Below are positions 1 to 13,204 of a stretch of DNA of 64,000 bases, piece by piece (positions within the stretch are counted from its first letter, which is position 1; every line of letters starts with the position of its first letter). Source of the stretch: Saccostrea cucullata (taxonomy: Eukaryota); assembly GCF_032062105.1 (NCBI RefSeq), contig NW_026936399.1, forward strand, positions 372,001 through 436,000, written 5' to 3'. The notes beneath the pieces are model-generated. The model was not told the origin of the DNA. It made no database searches and saw only the letters and a list, made by a program, of their open reading frames with translations. A program made the position numbers and the translations under genes.

Positions 1-2
1 CC

Positions 3-875
3 ATATGTACATTTTCAATGGACGAAGAGATGAAAGTCTCGTACTTTACACCAGACAGTTTTCGAGATTCTATCCTGATTGACTCCATAGTGGACATGCA
101 GCCCTGCTTTGATAACCCGTACACGATTGCTGTAATGTATAGGTCTAAAGAGATCCTCGACTTCAATGACAACAGTCCGTTCGGCGGACTTGGTGGCGGA
201 GCCAGATATGGATTTATGATCCTTGACATCTGCAGTGGTTCTGTTGTCACGATCTGTGATCCATTCTTAGTACCAAGCTTCATACTCAAAAGAAAACTTC
301 TATTTGATGAAAACTACTCCTTCTGTCTGGACGACCAATCAAATGTCTTCGACCTCCGTGAAGGCTGTTATATTGGACAATTACCAAAACAAAATTCTCC
401 ACCCCGAGTCATTGCTCTGAATGGAACTGTAGTTATTTATTACGACGAAAGTGTACTCTCCGCGTACCGTCTTACTTCCGGTGAAATAATAGCACATTGC
501 GACGTCCATTCAAATATTTGTTGCCTGAAACTCAGCAGAGACCAAAGAACTTTGGTCGTTGGATGCGAAGACGGTTCTATCGCCTCTTACGTTTTGATAG
601 ATCCAAAAGTAGAAGATCCGGACACGGTTCTTGAACATCTCGGTAGCAGACAGTTGACGGAACCAAAAATAGTCTCGGGGCGTCGCAGTTCCATTCCTTG
701 GGACAAAGTTGAGGAGGGTGGCAGTGCACCCCAATCCAGACCAGTGTCTGCCGTCGCGACTGAAAAGACGGATAAAATAATACTTAAAGAAATAGAACCC
801 GCTCCTGCTTTCAGACCGAGTTCCGATACACTGATGTACCTGAGTACAAAGTCCAAGGCATGCTCTATTATGTAA
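3..875 (+). CDS. 3'-terminal coding exon of a WD40-repeat protein (NACHT/WD NWD-like C-terminus suspected), ending in CaaX motif CSIM
   Basis: The frame is open from the window edge (ATA TGT ACA TTT TCA ATG...) to the stop at 875, so the gene starts upstream. WD40-like segment 'ICCLKLSRDQRTLVVGCEDGSIASY'; low-complexity tail; ends SKSKACSIM*. An AT-rich 3'UTR with AATAAA follows near 1133. Confidence 0.75.
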   Translation: MCTFSMDEEMKVSYFTPDSFRDSILIDSIVDMQPCFDNPYTIAVMYRSKEILDFNDNSPFGGLGGGARYGFMILDICSGSVVTICDPFLVPSFILKRKLLFDENYSFCLDDQSNVFDLREGCYIGQLPKQNSPPRVIALNGTVVIYYDESVLSAYRLTSGEIIAHCDVHSNICCLKLSRDQRTLVVGCEDGSIASYVLIDPKVEDPDTVLEHLGSRQLTEPKIVSGRRSSIPWDKVEEGGSAPQSRPVSAVATEKTDKIILKEIEPAPAFRPSSDTLMYLSTKSKACSIM

Positions 876-3800
876 AAAAAGATTCAAAGAGGACTTTTGC
901 TTGAAAATGATTTTTTTTAAAATCAATTATAGTATATTGTAGCATTTACTATTAGTCAAACATAGTTAGTCTTAATTATAATTATATATATGTACAATTT
1001 ATTTGTTGTATCCAAATGGCCAAACAAGCGTCTGTGATCTATTTAGTAAGTGCAGCATATTTGTTTCTTTTATATGTATGCTTCTATGTTTATTGTGAAT
1101 GTATTTGTAATGTATTTTTAGGTACACAATTAAATAAATTTTTCAAACAAAAAACTGTTTCCGATTTAAGAAATATCGATAACAATAAAGCAATACAAAA
1201 GGCAATGGAATTAGCGCTGATTATCGTCTTTCTGAGCATATCTGAAAATATGTTCGTTGTTTAGCAGAAGCTTTTCGACTTCTCGATAAAATCAACACAA
1301 CCGGGCGAAAAACCAACGAAGTAATGCATGAAAAATACCCTTTTATCTGATAAGATTTTGTTTTATTGATCGAAGTATGGAAAAAGGCAAATATCAGCAA
1401 ATAACCTGTTATTGGATGGACTTGTTGACACGAATTGGAAACACCATATTCGATGTATGACTTTCATCAACTAATGGAGTAATCGGACCAAAAGGAAATA
1501 TTTGCCTTTTCAAGGAAAATGGAAATTATACTGAAACGGTTCATAGCATGTTGTAGTAAATTTGAAGAAAATTTTCTGTCAAGGGAGGAAATATTTCATT
1601 TGTTTTGCTGAATAGTAACTTAAGTGTAGTTTTATGCAAACAACAGGTTAATTTTAAGAAGAAAATTCATAGGATCTTTTTAATACAGTCATGCTTGAGA
1701 AGCTGTTTTGAAACATGTTTAGTCATCATCTACCTTTAAATTTTCAAAATCTAGAACACAGTTCATCTTTTATGGTTACTTTCATAATTGGTTCATATTA
1801 ACAAAGAATTGATCTGATCCTATATTTTTTTGCATGATAAGTTATTGATATAAATTAATTGAAATTACAAATTATTGATAAAATTTGTGCAGAATATGAC
1901 AAATTATAGTCATTTTTAACGCTCATTCTGTTTTCTATAACCAGGAAAATTTGGGAACCTTTCGAAAGAGAATTCAGAGTATAATAGTCCACAAAATAAC
2001 ACTGTAATGCAAAGAATATGCCTAGTTGAAATTGAGGGCTTCCTGTTTGTAGTTCATGCACGTTTCAAGCTGCGAAATTGTGCAAGGAAGGAATTTTATT
2101 CATGTTGCTCATGTACGTTTCAAACTGCGAAATTGTATGAGAAAAATCTGCTAACATCGTGCTATTTTAATAAATCAAAAACGGTATATTTGTTCAAAGT
2201 TTGACAACTCCTACCAGTCCATTGTCTTTTTCTCTAGCAGCCACTTATTAAACATAAAATCTGCTGAGAATATTGCCTAAGTATGTCTATGTCCTTGCAT
2301 CCATCGATGAATTGTGTCATTTTCATCTTAGTTGGACAAATTGTACTTCTTGAGAGAAAGTTATTTTTCATTATCGATGAAACACCCCTACTAATGTGTT
2401 CGGAACCTTTTCTTTTTCGGTGTTCTGCAAATTATAAAATCCGATGAGTTCAGAGTAGCTCTGACAGTGGCTCTGGCGAGAGTTAGCGAGACTTCAGCGA
2501 GATAGGGTAAATTATTCACGGAAATGTGGCTAGGAAGTGACTAGCACGTGGAGACATGGTAAACAGCAAAGTTATGTTGCGTTTTAGTTTTCACCACCCT
2601 ATAATATCATTCTGTTAAAATGTACTTCAATCGATCTTTCTTGAATTCATTCAAGTTTAAATTATTTTTAAGTATTCTCTCTGATACAATTTTCTGCTGT
2701 CATGAATTAAAATTTCTTTTTGGACAAATATTTTGCATGGGAACCGGGACTATATTTTTTGGCGTCAGATTAGCAAATGAGGCACCAATGTGGCTTTAAC
2801 TGACAAATCAGCTGAATGAGAATTGCATTATGGGTTACTACGAATACTACAGGAATTTTACGCTTGATAAATTCCTTTATTGTACTATCGGTGAATACAA
2901 TTGTCAGGTGGATTCCCTGGCCAATACACGTGATCACGGGTATAGTTCTGTAAAAAAAAATGTTTGTCCATTTAAATGCATACGAGAAGCTGCTCACTTT
3001 CCTTACCCTTGAAGTTCTGGTGTTCTGAACTTGACACTAACTACGTATACATTTTATTAAACATATTTTTCTCTAGTAAACAACAAATTAAAAACGCCCG
3101 TGATATTTTTCTTAGTTTCTAATGTTTGCATTTTGTTCATAAGAACATTTTTTTTTAATTCTGCACTCCATTGACATGATCATAGGTTGACCTGAACCAC
3201 GTGTTCGAAGTAACCTGTAAACATGTATTTGGCCTTAACGCATTCAATCAATAATTGGTCAGTTACTCGTGATAAGCTGTGCGCATTAATAGCAATAGCC
3301 ATATAAGGCAAACAAAGGTTTGTCAGTGAAGATGATATTACACTTTTTTTTTACCAGAGTACCGGGTATCGGTCGCTAGTGAGCTGCAATTTTTGCAATT
3401 AACTATAAGATGTATTAATTAGTATTTACCCCCCCCCCCCTCAAGCCAACCATTTCTGTTGAAAATCATGAAAGTCTTTCAGAAAGGTGTGGAAACACAT
3501 TTTTCACAGGACATGTTTTCAGAAGAAACAGACTATAGCAATTTCCTGTTTACTGCCAATTTTATTTATAAAACCGGATCTTCCCTATAACCTTTGAATA
3601 GGTAAACCTAAACCACGTGTCATGAATTTAAATCACAATAACATTAGTAGGGGTGTGAAAGCCGCCCCAATAATTATACATGTATACTCCTCACATCAAA
3701 TACAAGTATGCTCCCTTTCCCGGCGTTCATAAATAAAATGCCAATGCCACAGAAAGATCTCTTGCAGCGCCAAAACAACACGATGGCAAGTGACACGTTA

Positions 3801-5243
3801 AAATTTGAGACGCCAAAGAATGCTTTGTCGGAATGCACAAAGTACACGCCGTTGCTCTGCGTTCCAATATACATGCAGCAGAAACCCCGAACAGTCACTG
3901 TAACAGTGCTGAAACTAACGTCTTTAACATGAGCTTTGGCGTTCAGATGACGCACTTGCTCACAGTTGGACGCATTGGTAGCACAGGACTTGCACATTGA
4001 CGTCTCGCGGTTTTGAAATGAAACTAAGGCTTGTGCACGCAGTCAGCATATTGTGCACGCCAAGAACGCAAAGTGACTCCTAGTACATCATTAGCACTCG
4101 GCTGGGGCATCAATTAGTCAATCTTCAATTAGAACTCCGCAGCAACGCAGTTGCACGCCACGTAATCTCTGCAGAAATTCAGTGTTACATTGTCTTATTT
4201 TCTTTTTCTAAATTCTCGTTGACATCCCAGAATTTATTAATGCTGTGTCAGCTCTTTAAGAACGCAGTTAGAATGTAAAAGGATGTGATTTTTATTCAAT
4301 TTTATCACTGGAGTAATCAAATTCATCCACTTATGCCAAAATTTATCATTTGTGAGGTTTTAATCCGTTATACTTTCTTAAAAGCTTCAAACATAGGGTT
4401 GGCTGAATACATACCACAAGAATTTTTTTCACTTTGTTTTAGTATTAAAAGGAAAAAATACCATTAAAGGTATTTGAAACTTTTGTTCTCGAAGTTTTAC
4501 TGAAGTCGATGTATAATTTACAGTTGTAAATATTGGCCAGAAAATAAATCAAAAAAGAAAGAAAAATAGATAACTACATTTATTACATATAAAAATAGTT
4601 TGGTTTACCATCGTACAATGATAATTTGATGACGTGGTTTCAGATAAAAGAAACATTTGCATATGAAAGGATGAACGTACAATCCTAGAATTTGAGCTTC
4701 ACGATTCACGATTTTCAGGGTTCGAGGGTCACCCCAAAAAATCAATAAGGGACAACAACAACAAGTAAAAATACCTAGGAACTGAATTCCAAAAAATACA
4801 CCTGTCTGCATCTGGAATTTTACATCAATTTATACAAAATCTATTCACAATAATCACGTCAAAAGTGAACAAATTTTACTTAAAGATAATTGATTTTCAC
4901 AATGTTATACGTTGCTTTTCAACAAGCAACAGAACTTCCGCACTGACGTACTGTTTCAACTGTCCAGACTTTTTTTTATTCCATACATAAAATTTTAAGT
5001 AAAATTATACAAAACCTTCACAAAAACTACATGATATACAATAATAGGGTAAGTAAGGTTAAAAAATTCGATGGACTTGTAATAATGTGGTTTAAATACT
5101 TCACGACGCAAAATTTACCCTTCAATTCCAAACAATCCGAGCCTCCTTCAAAACAGTGCGCTGAACACATGTGTGTTTTTGAAATCATGTTCAAGTCTTT
5201 AGACATGATCACACATTTACGAATATGGAATGTATGCTTCGGG

Positions 5244-5768
5244 TCACAAAGGTACATTTTCATCAATGACTTGAAATTGGGCACTACTCTGTCTGCTAGA
5301 CTTTCTGCTCTGCGTTTCGGCAGAAGTGACAACTTCAGGTGTGTCCTCACACGACATTTGAAACACTGAGTCACTTGTCTCATCGCCGTTTGTCATCCTC
5401 ATATCATTGAATTCATCATCTGTCTCTTGCACGGTTCCATTTTTTGGATCACTTCGAGTTTTACCCAACAATGGTTTAGCACTTGACGGAACGTTGGCTA
5501 CACGATTATAAACTCGTTCTCGTCTGTCGTTCTTGCGAAGAATAGACATTTCTTTGAGATAGCTCCTTAGCTGACTGTCTTGTTTGTTTTTGCGTATATG
5601 TGAAGCAATCATCATAACAATAGAAAGTCCGTAAATCATGACGACAGCCACGACATAATATAAGGCCCCGATATCATCCTCGTCCGTGTGGTAGCTATCC
5701 ACCATGGCTTCAAATGTCTCGTTGGCCGTTTTTATCCGAAAGCGAAGTTTACTGGCTATGTCCATCAT
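5244..5768 (-). CDS. KCNE/MinK-like single-pass membrane protein (paralog 1), 174 aa, one coding exon
   Basis: No signal peptide; N-glycosylation sequon NET; one TM 'ALYYVVAVVMIYGLSIVMMIASHI' followed by basic RKNK and 'RSYLKE'; Ser/acidic tail. The pattern matches KCNE1 '[27 protein letters not shown]' (recalled) and the paralog at 46971-47360. Acceptor-like tttattttctggctcgtag lies 3 nt before the ATG. Confidence 0.7.
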   Translation of the reverse strand: MMDIASKLRFRIKTANETFEAMVDSYHTDEDDIGALYYVVAVVMIYGLSIVMMIASHIRKNKQDSQLRSYLKEMSILRKNDRRERVYNRVANVPSSAKPLLGKTRSDPKNGTVQETDDEFNDMRMTNGDETSDSVFQMSCEDTPEVVTSAETQSRKSSRQSSAQFQVIDENVPL

Positions 5769-7656
5769 TTTCTACGAGCCAGAAAATAAAATGAGAAATC
5801 ATTTGCGACGAAAGGTCCAGAGAGACGCACTCGAGAATACACTGTTACTGTCAACCATAAATTCAATTTCTACTTTATTTAAGCTGAACAATAATTTTAC
5901 ATCATCCTTATATCCATTATAGCACTGACGGAAAGAGCATAAACATGTCATTGTACTCAGAAATCACAGTCCCCATTCTTGTATAGAAATATTGGATGCG
6001 AAGTCAAGCGGCTTCTTGCCTTAATTAAGGTTATTTATTTGTTATCATTACAATTTTTCTACTCACTGTCAGCTGCTATATCCATTATTATTACTAACTC
6101 TAGAACTGTGAGACAATAAAAAACATTTGACATTTACCGTATTACGATATTCCTACGCGGTCTTATATTTCCTATGTGACGGTATCCGGGTTACCAAATC
6201 TGACGGTTCTTCTGATCCAATATTCTTGTAATGGCCATCAGGAGAGCTTTCATAACATATCTGAAATACAGCACAATTAACTCATTTATCCAAGTTATTG
6301 TAAACACAGCCCTTTAATTATATACAGCAGTAAAATTTCCATGTTCAAGATTTCCCTAATGAGAGACACCATCAAATGAAATGAACTTGTTTGCAAACTC
6401 AGTAATTTTTCATTACAATTTCATGCCTCGTTTTGCACAATTTAGTAGATGGGTCTTAATCTTTATAAAAATGTGGTTGCAATGGATATAATAACCGATT
6501 CCCAGTTTCTCTCCGAGGACAACAGAAAGCACACGCCTTTTCTGCAAACATTATAGGAAGAACTCGGTATACAGACTATATAGTTAAAATAACCACTACT
6601 TATGTGGTGTAATTCGATTCTAATCGTATTTAATTAAACCATGATATGTAAAACGATATTGTTTTTTTCCACTGCAAAGTGACAAACAGCAAAGTATCGA
6701 TCGAAGAGGTTTAAAGAAGCGATTCTTCCATACATGCAACGAACCTCATGTTGTATTACTAGAAAAAAAAGCAATATTTCTCTGTTTCAAAGAGACATTG
6801 AGAGCAGGTGTTCTTTGATTTTAAGACATACTTGCATGCAAGAATGCGACTTACATTTGCAAATAACTTAAGGTCTCATATAAATCCTTTTCTTTTAAAA
6901 TTAACATTCTAAATATCTTTTTACTACTTGATGATATGGTGCTCAAAATGATATTTTAAATTTTTTTTCTTATTGCATACATTAAACCCTATTGTTAACA
7001 GTTTTCTTTTATAGAATTTTGCTCTTTTTACGTCAACATTGTGCAAAAATGAAATTTGAAGAAACTTAGCAATCTTTGTTGGTCCATCAAAAGCTGTAAG
7101 GTTTATTAAACTTTTTCGTCTTCAAATCCACGTTAAGGACATTGATAAAAATTGGACACAATCAAATGTTTCTTTTACTGATGTGTTATAGCGAAAATTT
7201 TACAGAGTGCAATTTCCAGTTGTGATATTTTCTAGATCCATTGCTATATTATTTTTTTAATTCCAATATGAATTTGATCTGTTTGCAGGCTCTTTCTATG
7301 CGTAGGCTGTAAATAAATGCTTCTAGGTGAGTAAAGATACCCGTCCTTCCCATGTCGTCTGCTAAGCTATATCATACAACACTTCCCCTTAACAAAACGT
7401 GTGAGAAATTCTCACCTGTATCCTATTCTTTACAAGGTGTGTACAAAAAAATCATGAAGATTAATATGTCTAAACACCTAGATGTTAACAATCACACGAG
7501 GCACAAGAGCTTAAAATCTGTGTTGAAAGTTAAGTAAGGATTTTCCCCTTATTTCTTGCCAATTACCGTATATATTTCCTACTTTTATTTCAAAATTTTA
7601 AAAATTCGTCGTCAATTCAGTGTTTAATTAATAGCCTAACAATTACTATGAAAAAC

Positions 7657-8665
7657 GTCAGTCAGCATTTGACTCAATGACAAAGTGCATTTTGTTGACA
7701 AGGTCATTGCATCGATCATATAATTTACGAAATGATGACTTTAAACGAGACTGCTGATGTTCTTGTTGCATCAACTTGTTTGTCAGTAATTTACTTTGTT
7801 TTAGAAATTGTTCATACATAGAGCATGCTTTTGCGTATCGAATCAACTGAGAGATATATAGCCCATATGTAGCTGATGAAGGTATGCTTTTTCAATAAAA
7901 ATGGAGCTCTAAAATTTACAATCCTTATCAATAGTCATTTGTATTTGCAAATTTGTTTTTGTTAAAAACATCCCCCTTGTATACACAAGTACTCTGAAAT
8001 TGATCTTCAAAAGATGCTTGGGTTTCTGATTGACAATATCTATGTGGTTTTGGAGACCATCTACCATCTGTTAGAATTCCCATGAGTATCAATAGTACCT
8101 CATTATATGCAGACCTATTTTTGTATTCATATAAAGCAGATTTTAATTTAGAATCCTATATGTGAAAAGAAAACTTTTGTCGCTGCCTTCAACCATTTAT
8201 TTTGATATATCGACAACGTATTGTCCATCAATTATAGTTATTTCCATTCATTTGTCGAATCTATATATCCCAGTGAGCTTGAAATAGAAGATGCCATCTA
8301 GAATCTGACAAATCTGTTTCATATTAGGATATTTTACTAGAAAAGACGTTAATGGTGATCTAATACATGTGGCAAAATTTATGCTGAACGTGATGACTTT
8401 TCAATGTCAACTTCCCTTACTTATGCAGCATAAAAACAAAATCAGCTGCTTTTAATTTATTTCTCTCAGCTGATTCGATATCAAGATTATGTTTCTACAT
8501 GTGAACAATGTCTAAAATGAGGTAAGGTATAAACAAATAAGTTGATGAAATAAGAATATCAAAACTCTCGTTAAAATTAACCATTTGGTAAGTATTATGG
8601 TCAATGCAATGACCTTGTCAGCAAATACAATCTATCATTCAGTCTAATGCTGACTGACTATTTTC
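7657..8665. mobile_element. Degenerate Penelope-like retroelement: inverted 3' segment (7657-7885, -) joined to RT relic (about 7975-8665, +)
   Basis: Minus strand encodes 'SQLIRYAKACSMYEQFLKQSKLLTNKLMQQ'. Plus strand has decayed 'MLGFLIDNIYVV...YIDNV' and the same C-terminal region, so the two ends are inverted copies. Confidence 0.75.
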
Positions 8666-9739
8666 ATTCTAATAGTTGGAACATTATTTACACACTTAAT
8701 TGTCGGCAGGGGATGTGCACTTCTGTGGATAAGATGTAAGCTAGACATTTTATTCGGTTTGCATAAATCAAAAAAGCGACCCGAAATTACAGCTCTTGTT
8801 GGAGGCGGCAAATTTCCATTTTTCATAATGGCGTCGGTTGTGACGTTTTCCTGACACTGGCAGTCATATATCAAAATCGTTAAAAAAATCTGGAAAGTAT
8901 TAGATTTTTCAAACTATTTAAGTGTATATTATCACAAAAGGAAATGTTATAAATTGTAAATAAAGATGTAAGGTGATTTTTCTTTATTGACTTTAATTTC
9001 CATCATTTGAATAAAAGAAAAATTGAACTTTTCCAAACCCATTTCGCCATATCTCGTTAGCTTTCATTTAGTCATGCCTAGAGTATCATCAATACCATGT
9101 ACAGTTTTTAGTAATAATAGCAATACTATTCAATTTCTTTTTTTATTTGATAAGTGTTCGATTTCATTTCTGGAAAGAAAATCAAGAGAAACACGTTATT
9201 AAGAGAAAAAAATCATCGATGAAATTACAGGAACGAACACACATCGATCGAAGTTAAACTGTTGTTAATACTCTCTAAATCATATGGCTTCTATACTGAA
9301 CTATCAATAAAAAGAAGTTGGCTATCTTGTTTACTGTGCCATTTTACGACAACCGGAGATTGTCGATATGACAAGATTTTACGTTTCCTCTACGCGTTTT
9401 GTATCAGCTTCTACGATAAAGAATCGTGATAATGACTTACAAATATGATCTATTTTTAGAACTTATAAAGACTTGTTTACGTTGTCTTAATGCTTTTTGG
9501 TCTTATTGCTTCTACTCACTATATAAAATAGAATTGTCAAGATAATATAAAATCATAGTTCATTCCATCCGTACATGTATTCTTTTAAAGGATATGCTCA
9601 GTACATTGTACTGCAACGGATTAGAAAAAATATAGATAAGAAGTAAGGCGTCATATGATAAAGAAGATGGACGAACACGGCCAATAATATTCGTACAATG
9701 CGTCAACTATAAAGGTAAAAAATAATATCTCATTTATAA

Positions 9740-10292
9740 ACAAGAGATATTTGTGAAACACTGATACCCCTGTATGGCAGCTTATAGTGAGGCTTAAATT
9801 TTCTCAAATGCAAGTCAAACTTTAGGGTCAAGGTCAAAAGATCAAAATGTTGATATCCAAAGGAAGTACTTGTCACAAGAAATATACCTCTGAAATGTGA
9901 AAGCTCTCATTCTTTTCAAAAATTATGTTCAGTTTTTCAAAACTGGATCAAACTCTAAGGTCAAGGTCAAAAAATAAAAATAAATATTTATACCCATTGA
10001 AGTTCTTATCACAGTTAATACATATATTAAGTATGAAAACCCTAGTACTAACTAATAATTAGTAATGGATAAGGTTAAAACTTAACTTTTTTTGTAAAAG
10101 TGGATTAAACTCCAAGATCATGGTCATGAGGTCAAATTTAGTGGTACAAGGAACACACCAGTGAAATATGAAAGCCACTTGCTCAAAAATATGGTCAAGG
10201 TTATTTTGGAAAAACAGACAAACAAACAAACAAACAGACGGACGGACAAGGCAAAAAATATAAACCCTCGAATCTTCGATTACGGGGGCATT
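9740..10292. mobile_element. Non-autonomous Helentron/HINE (pearl-like) element
   Basis: Starts acaagagatatttgtgaaacactgatacccc; internal repeats with aggtcaaggtca; (ACRG)n-type microsatellite; ends ccctcgaatcttcgattacggggg. Same family as 20128-20968. Confidence 0.75.
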
Positions 10293-10492
10293 AATATATT
10301 CTTAGATATTTAAAAATGCAATTTATAATACAAGAAATAGTTTAAGTTTATTTAGACACAAAAATCATAGCACAATATTTATTTTAGTTGTAAAACTTCG
10401 GTGGTTAAAACGTTTTATATGCAAATTACACTCAGAATGTTTATTGCTAGAGGTTAAATCCCAAGAATACGACATTTTTTTAAATTATAGAA

Positions 10493-10693
10493 TACTGTAT
10501 ACAAAGAAATTTTCGCCCCGTTTTATTTTCGCCCTTGTCACAAATGGGCGAATTTAAAAAGGGGCAAATTCAAAGAACACAGTATAAATTCTTAAACAGA
10601 ACTGGGACTGGGCGAATTAAAAACGGGGCAAATTTGTAAGCAAGTGTAAGAGGGCGAAAATAACACCGGGCGAAAATAACCCTGTATACAGTA
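10493..10693. mobile_element. TA-flanked MITE (Tc1/mariner-type)
   Basis: TIRs tactgtatac...ttttcgccc / gggcgaaaataaccctgtatacagta; internal ggcgaa repeats. A more decayed relative lies at about 22527-22745. Confidence 0.75.
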
Positions 10694-12129
10694 TATTATG
10701 GTAACAAAATTTTCATCAGAATTTTTTTGGGTCAGAATATCATAAATTTAACAATAACTTTACTCGAATTCTAAATATCTCAAAATGTTTAAACAAACAG
10801 TTTAAAAAGAAGATATGAAAATTTATCAAAGATGAAGAAAGTTGTCCTGCCAATCCTAACTTTAAGTTGCTTTGGTGCAACGTACTTTGTTCAAGGTTCA
10901 AGATTCAGTTTAGTTTCTTATTGAAAACTATTACATCTTCTAATCTTTTCAAAATATGATCAAAGAATTTTGATGTAATTTCCATTTCTTTAATATAAAG
11001 ATACTAATAATGATCTTTCATCATTAGACACATCAAAGAAAAGTTTCCATGTAAACCTTTTGAGTGTGAATCTTTCTGGCATTTAAGAGACATTCTGGAT
11101 GAAAATTAAAAGCTTTGTTTAGTCTTCTTTTTCTTTTTCTTTTTTTTACATTGAATTCATCTAATGTTTTAGACGTAAGAAATAAAAAAAAATGTTTTTG
11201 TAAATGATTGGCAATACCATTTTAATTTTAAATGAAATACTTACATCCCTTATTTCCCATTGTTTAAAAAAACGTAACTTCTTTTGAATTTTTTATATTG
11301 ACCTCTTTTTGGTACAAACAAAAAAATACGTTTCTATATCCTCTGCAATGCGATGGAATACTAATATTCAAGACTTTCTTCAGTATTTAATTTTTATATG
11401 TTTTTACTTTTATGAAAAAATTCCAAAAGAATAGAAATTAACAATGTTTATTTCTGCGACAGCTGCCAATGGATCTTTTTTGTGACCTTTAAATCGATAC
11501 AGCAAGTGTGCTTTGTCATAAAGATTCTGATGACAAGCAACGGAAAATTAGGAATAATGATGGATCTCTTTCTGAAGTGCTGCCATTTCCTGAAATGTTG
11601 ATGACCCACATACTTTGAATCTGATACACTTGATGATGGTGTGTGATCGTTTTAAAGGAGAAAAATTGTGAAAAAAAACTTCATTGATTAAACCTACTTT
11701 GAAGGACATTGTATAAACTATTGCACATGATCACAGTGTAATGAAAATTAATTTCTTCTGAAAGTTTCCCCACGTAAATTATTTGCTTTACTCGTACTAG
11801 TAAATACAAGCCTTTACATTTATTATCGGACAAGAAGTGTAGATGGCGGGAAAATTTAAATGTAAAGAAAGTAAAGTTTACAGTTTGTTGAATATATTCT
11901 TCTTATCAGCCTCATATCGTTCATTAAAAATCACAATACTAAGTTCAAATTAATAATTAAACAGATAAACATGAACTTCAAGGAAGATAATAATACAGAA
12001 AGGGGTAATGTGCGTTGAGGACGAGACTATCCTTAGATTGGTTTTTGATTTAACCGACAATTTAGGAATATAAAGAAGTAAAATAATACCAGACTTTTAT
12101 ATTTTTACGACTTGATAGGTTTTTCAATA

Positions 12130-12850
12130 AATCTGTCTCGATAACGAACAGTATTTAAGACCAAATGTCCATAAAACATTGCAAAGTAAGAGCAGAGCAA
12201 ACACGGACTTCCAAAAATCAGAGATGGAATCAGGTGCCATGGAGGAGTGAGCATTACCTGCCGACCGGTCACACCCACCGTGTGCTCTTTGTCATGATCG
12301 AGAAAATAACGGGAAAATCCATCCTCAATTTTGTGTGTAAATAATGGTCTAACAATTAGTATGAAAAACATTAGTTAGCATTTGACATATACAGGGCATG
12401 CGCTTAGGTATCGAGTCAACTGAGAGATATAAACCCCGAATGCAGGTGGTGAAGGTATATTGCTGCATAAGAAAGAGATGTTGACGATTGAAAAGTTAGT
12501 CATCACGTTTATCATCAAGCTTGGTCGTAAGATTACCATTATGGTCTTTTTTGCAATTAAATATCAAAATATGAAACAAATTTGTCAGACTCTTGAATTG
12601 AAGGATACAGTAAGTGTTTTCTTTTTTTTCACCTTTCAGATTTTGGACAAATTCTGCGACATATGAATACAAAAATACGTCTCCTTATAAAGGGGGCGCA
12701 ACCGGTACCCATGGAAATACCAATAGATTGATGGAAGACCTGGTATCCAAAAACACATAGATATTGATTCTGAGAAACTCAAGCATCTTTTGATTTCAAG
12801 TACTTGTGTGTACAGAATATCTTTACACAAAATAATTTTGAAAATTCTCC
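12130..12850 (-). mobile_element. Penelope-like element relic (RT C-terminus plus conserved 3' motif)
   Basis: Contains caggtgccatggaggagtgagcat...ccgaccggtcacaccc and decayed RT C-terminal sequence shared with the other copies. Confidence 0.7.
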
Positions 12851-12983
12851 AAATTTATCGTGGAGAATGAAAGGAAAACATGCTTTACTTTCTTATACAG
12901 CGTTGGAAAATATCTTTTAGCTGTTCGAAATTCCTAAAAAATATGTCACCTATCTAGACACGTGATCGGCATACATGTAAGAA

Positions 12984-13204
12984 TTAAGGAGGCTAGGGGG
13001 TCAACAACTTGTTTTTTTTTTATTAACCACCAGATATAACTTAAATTTTTGGATATATCCTAAGCTGTCAACTATCATTTGGCAAAAAAAATCATAAGTT
13101 TTAGCTTTAAAATTTGATCATTTTATTATATCTTTATATGGAGCTCTTCTTCTAAAGGAGATCAAAATAGTCTAAAAATAGCCACAACCACCCAGCCTCT
13201 TTAA
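12984..13204. mobile_element. TTAA-flanked MITE (Kolobok-type)
   Basis: ttaa-ggaggctagg ... cccagcctct-ttaa: imperfect TIR with TTAA on both sides. Confidence 0.5.

Noticed and set aside
510-926. Antisense ORFs 510-926 and 587-856
   Set aside because: They are shadows of the real plus-strand exon.
3674-4170. ORFs in a GC-richer patch, with a GAAATGAAAC ISRE-like word at about 4015
   Set aside because: No recognisable protein motif or splice structure; a single motif is expected by chance; probably a transposon fragment.
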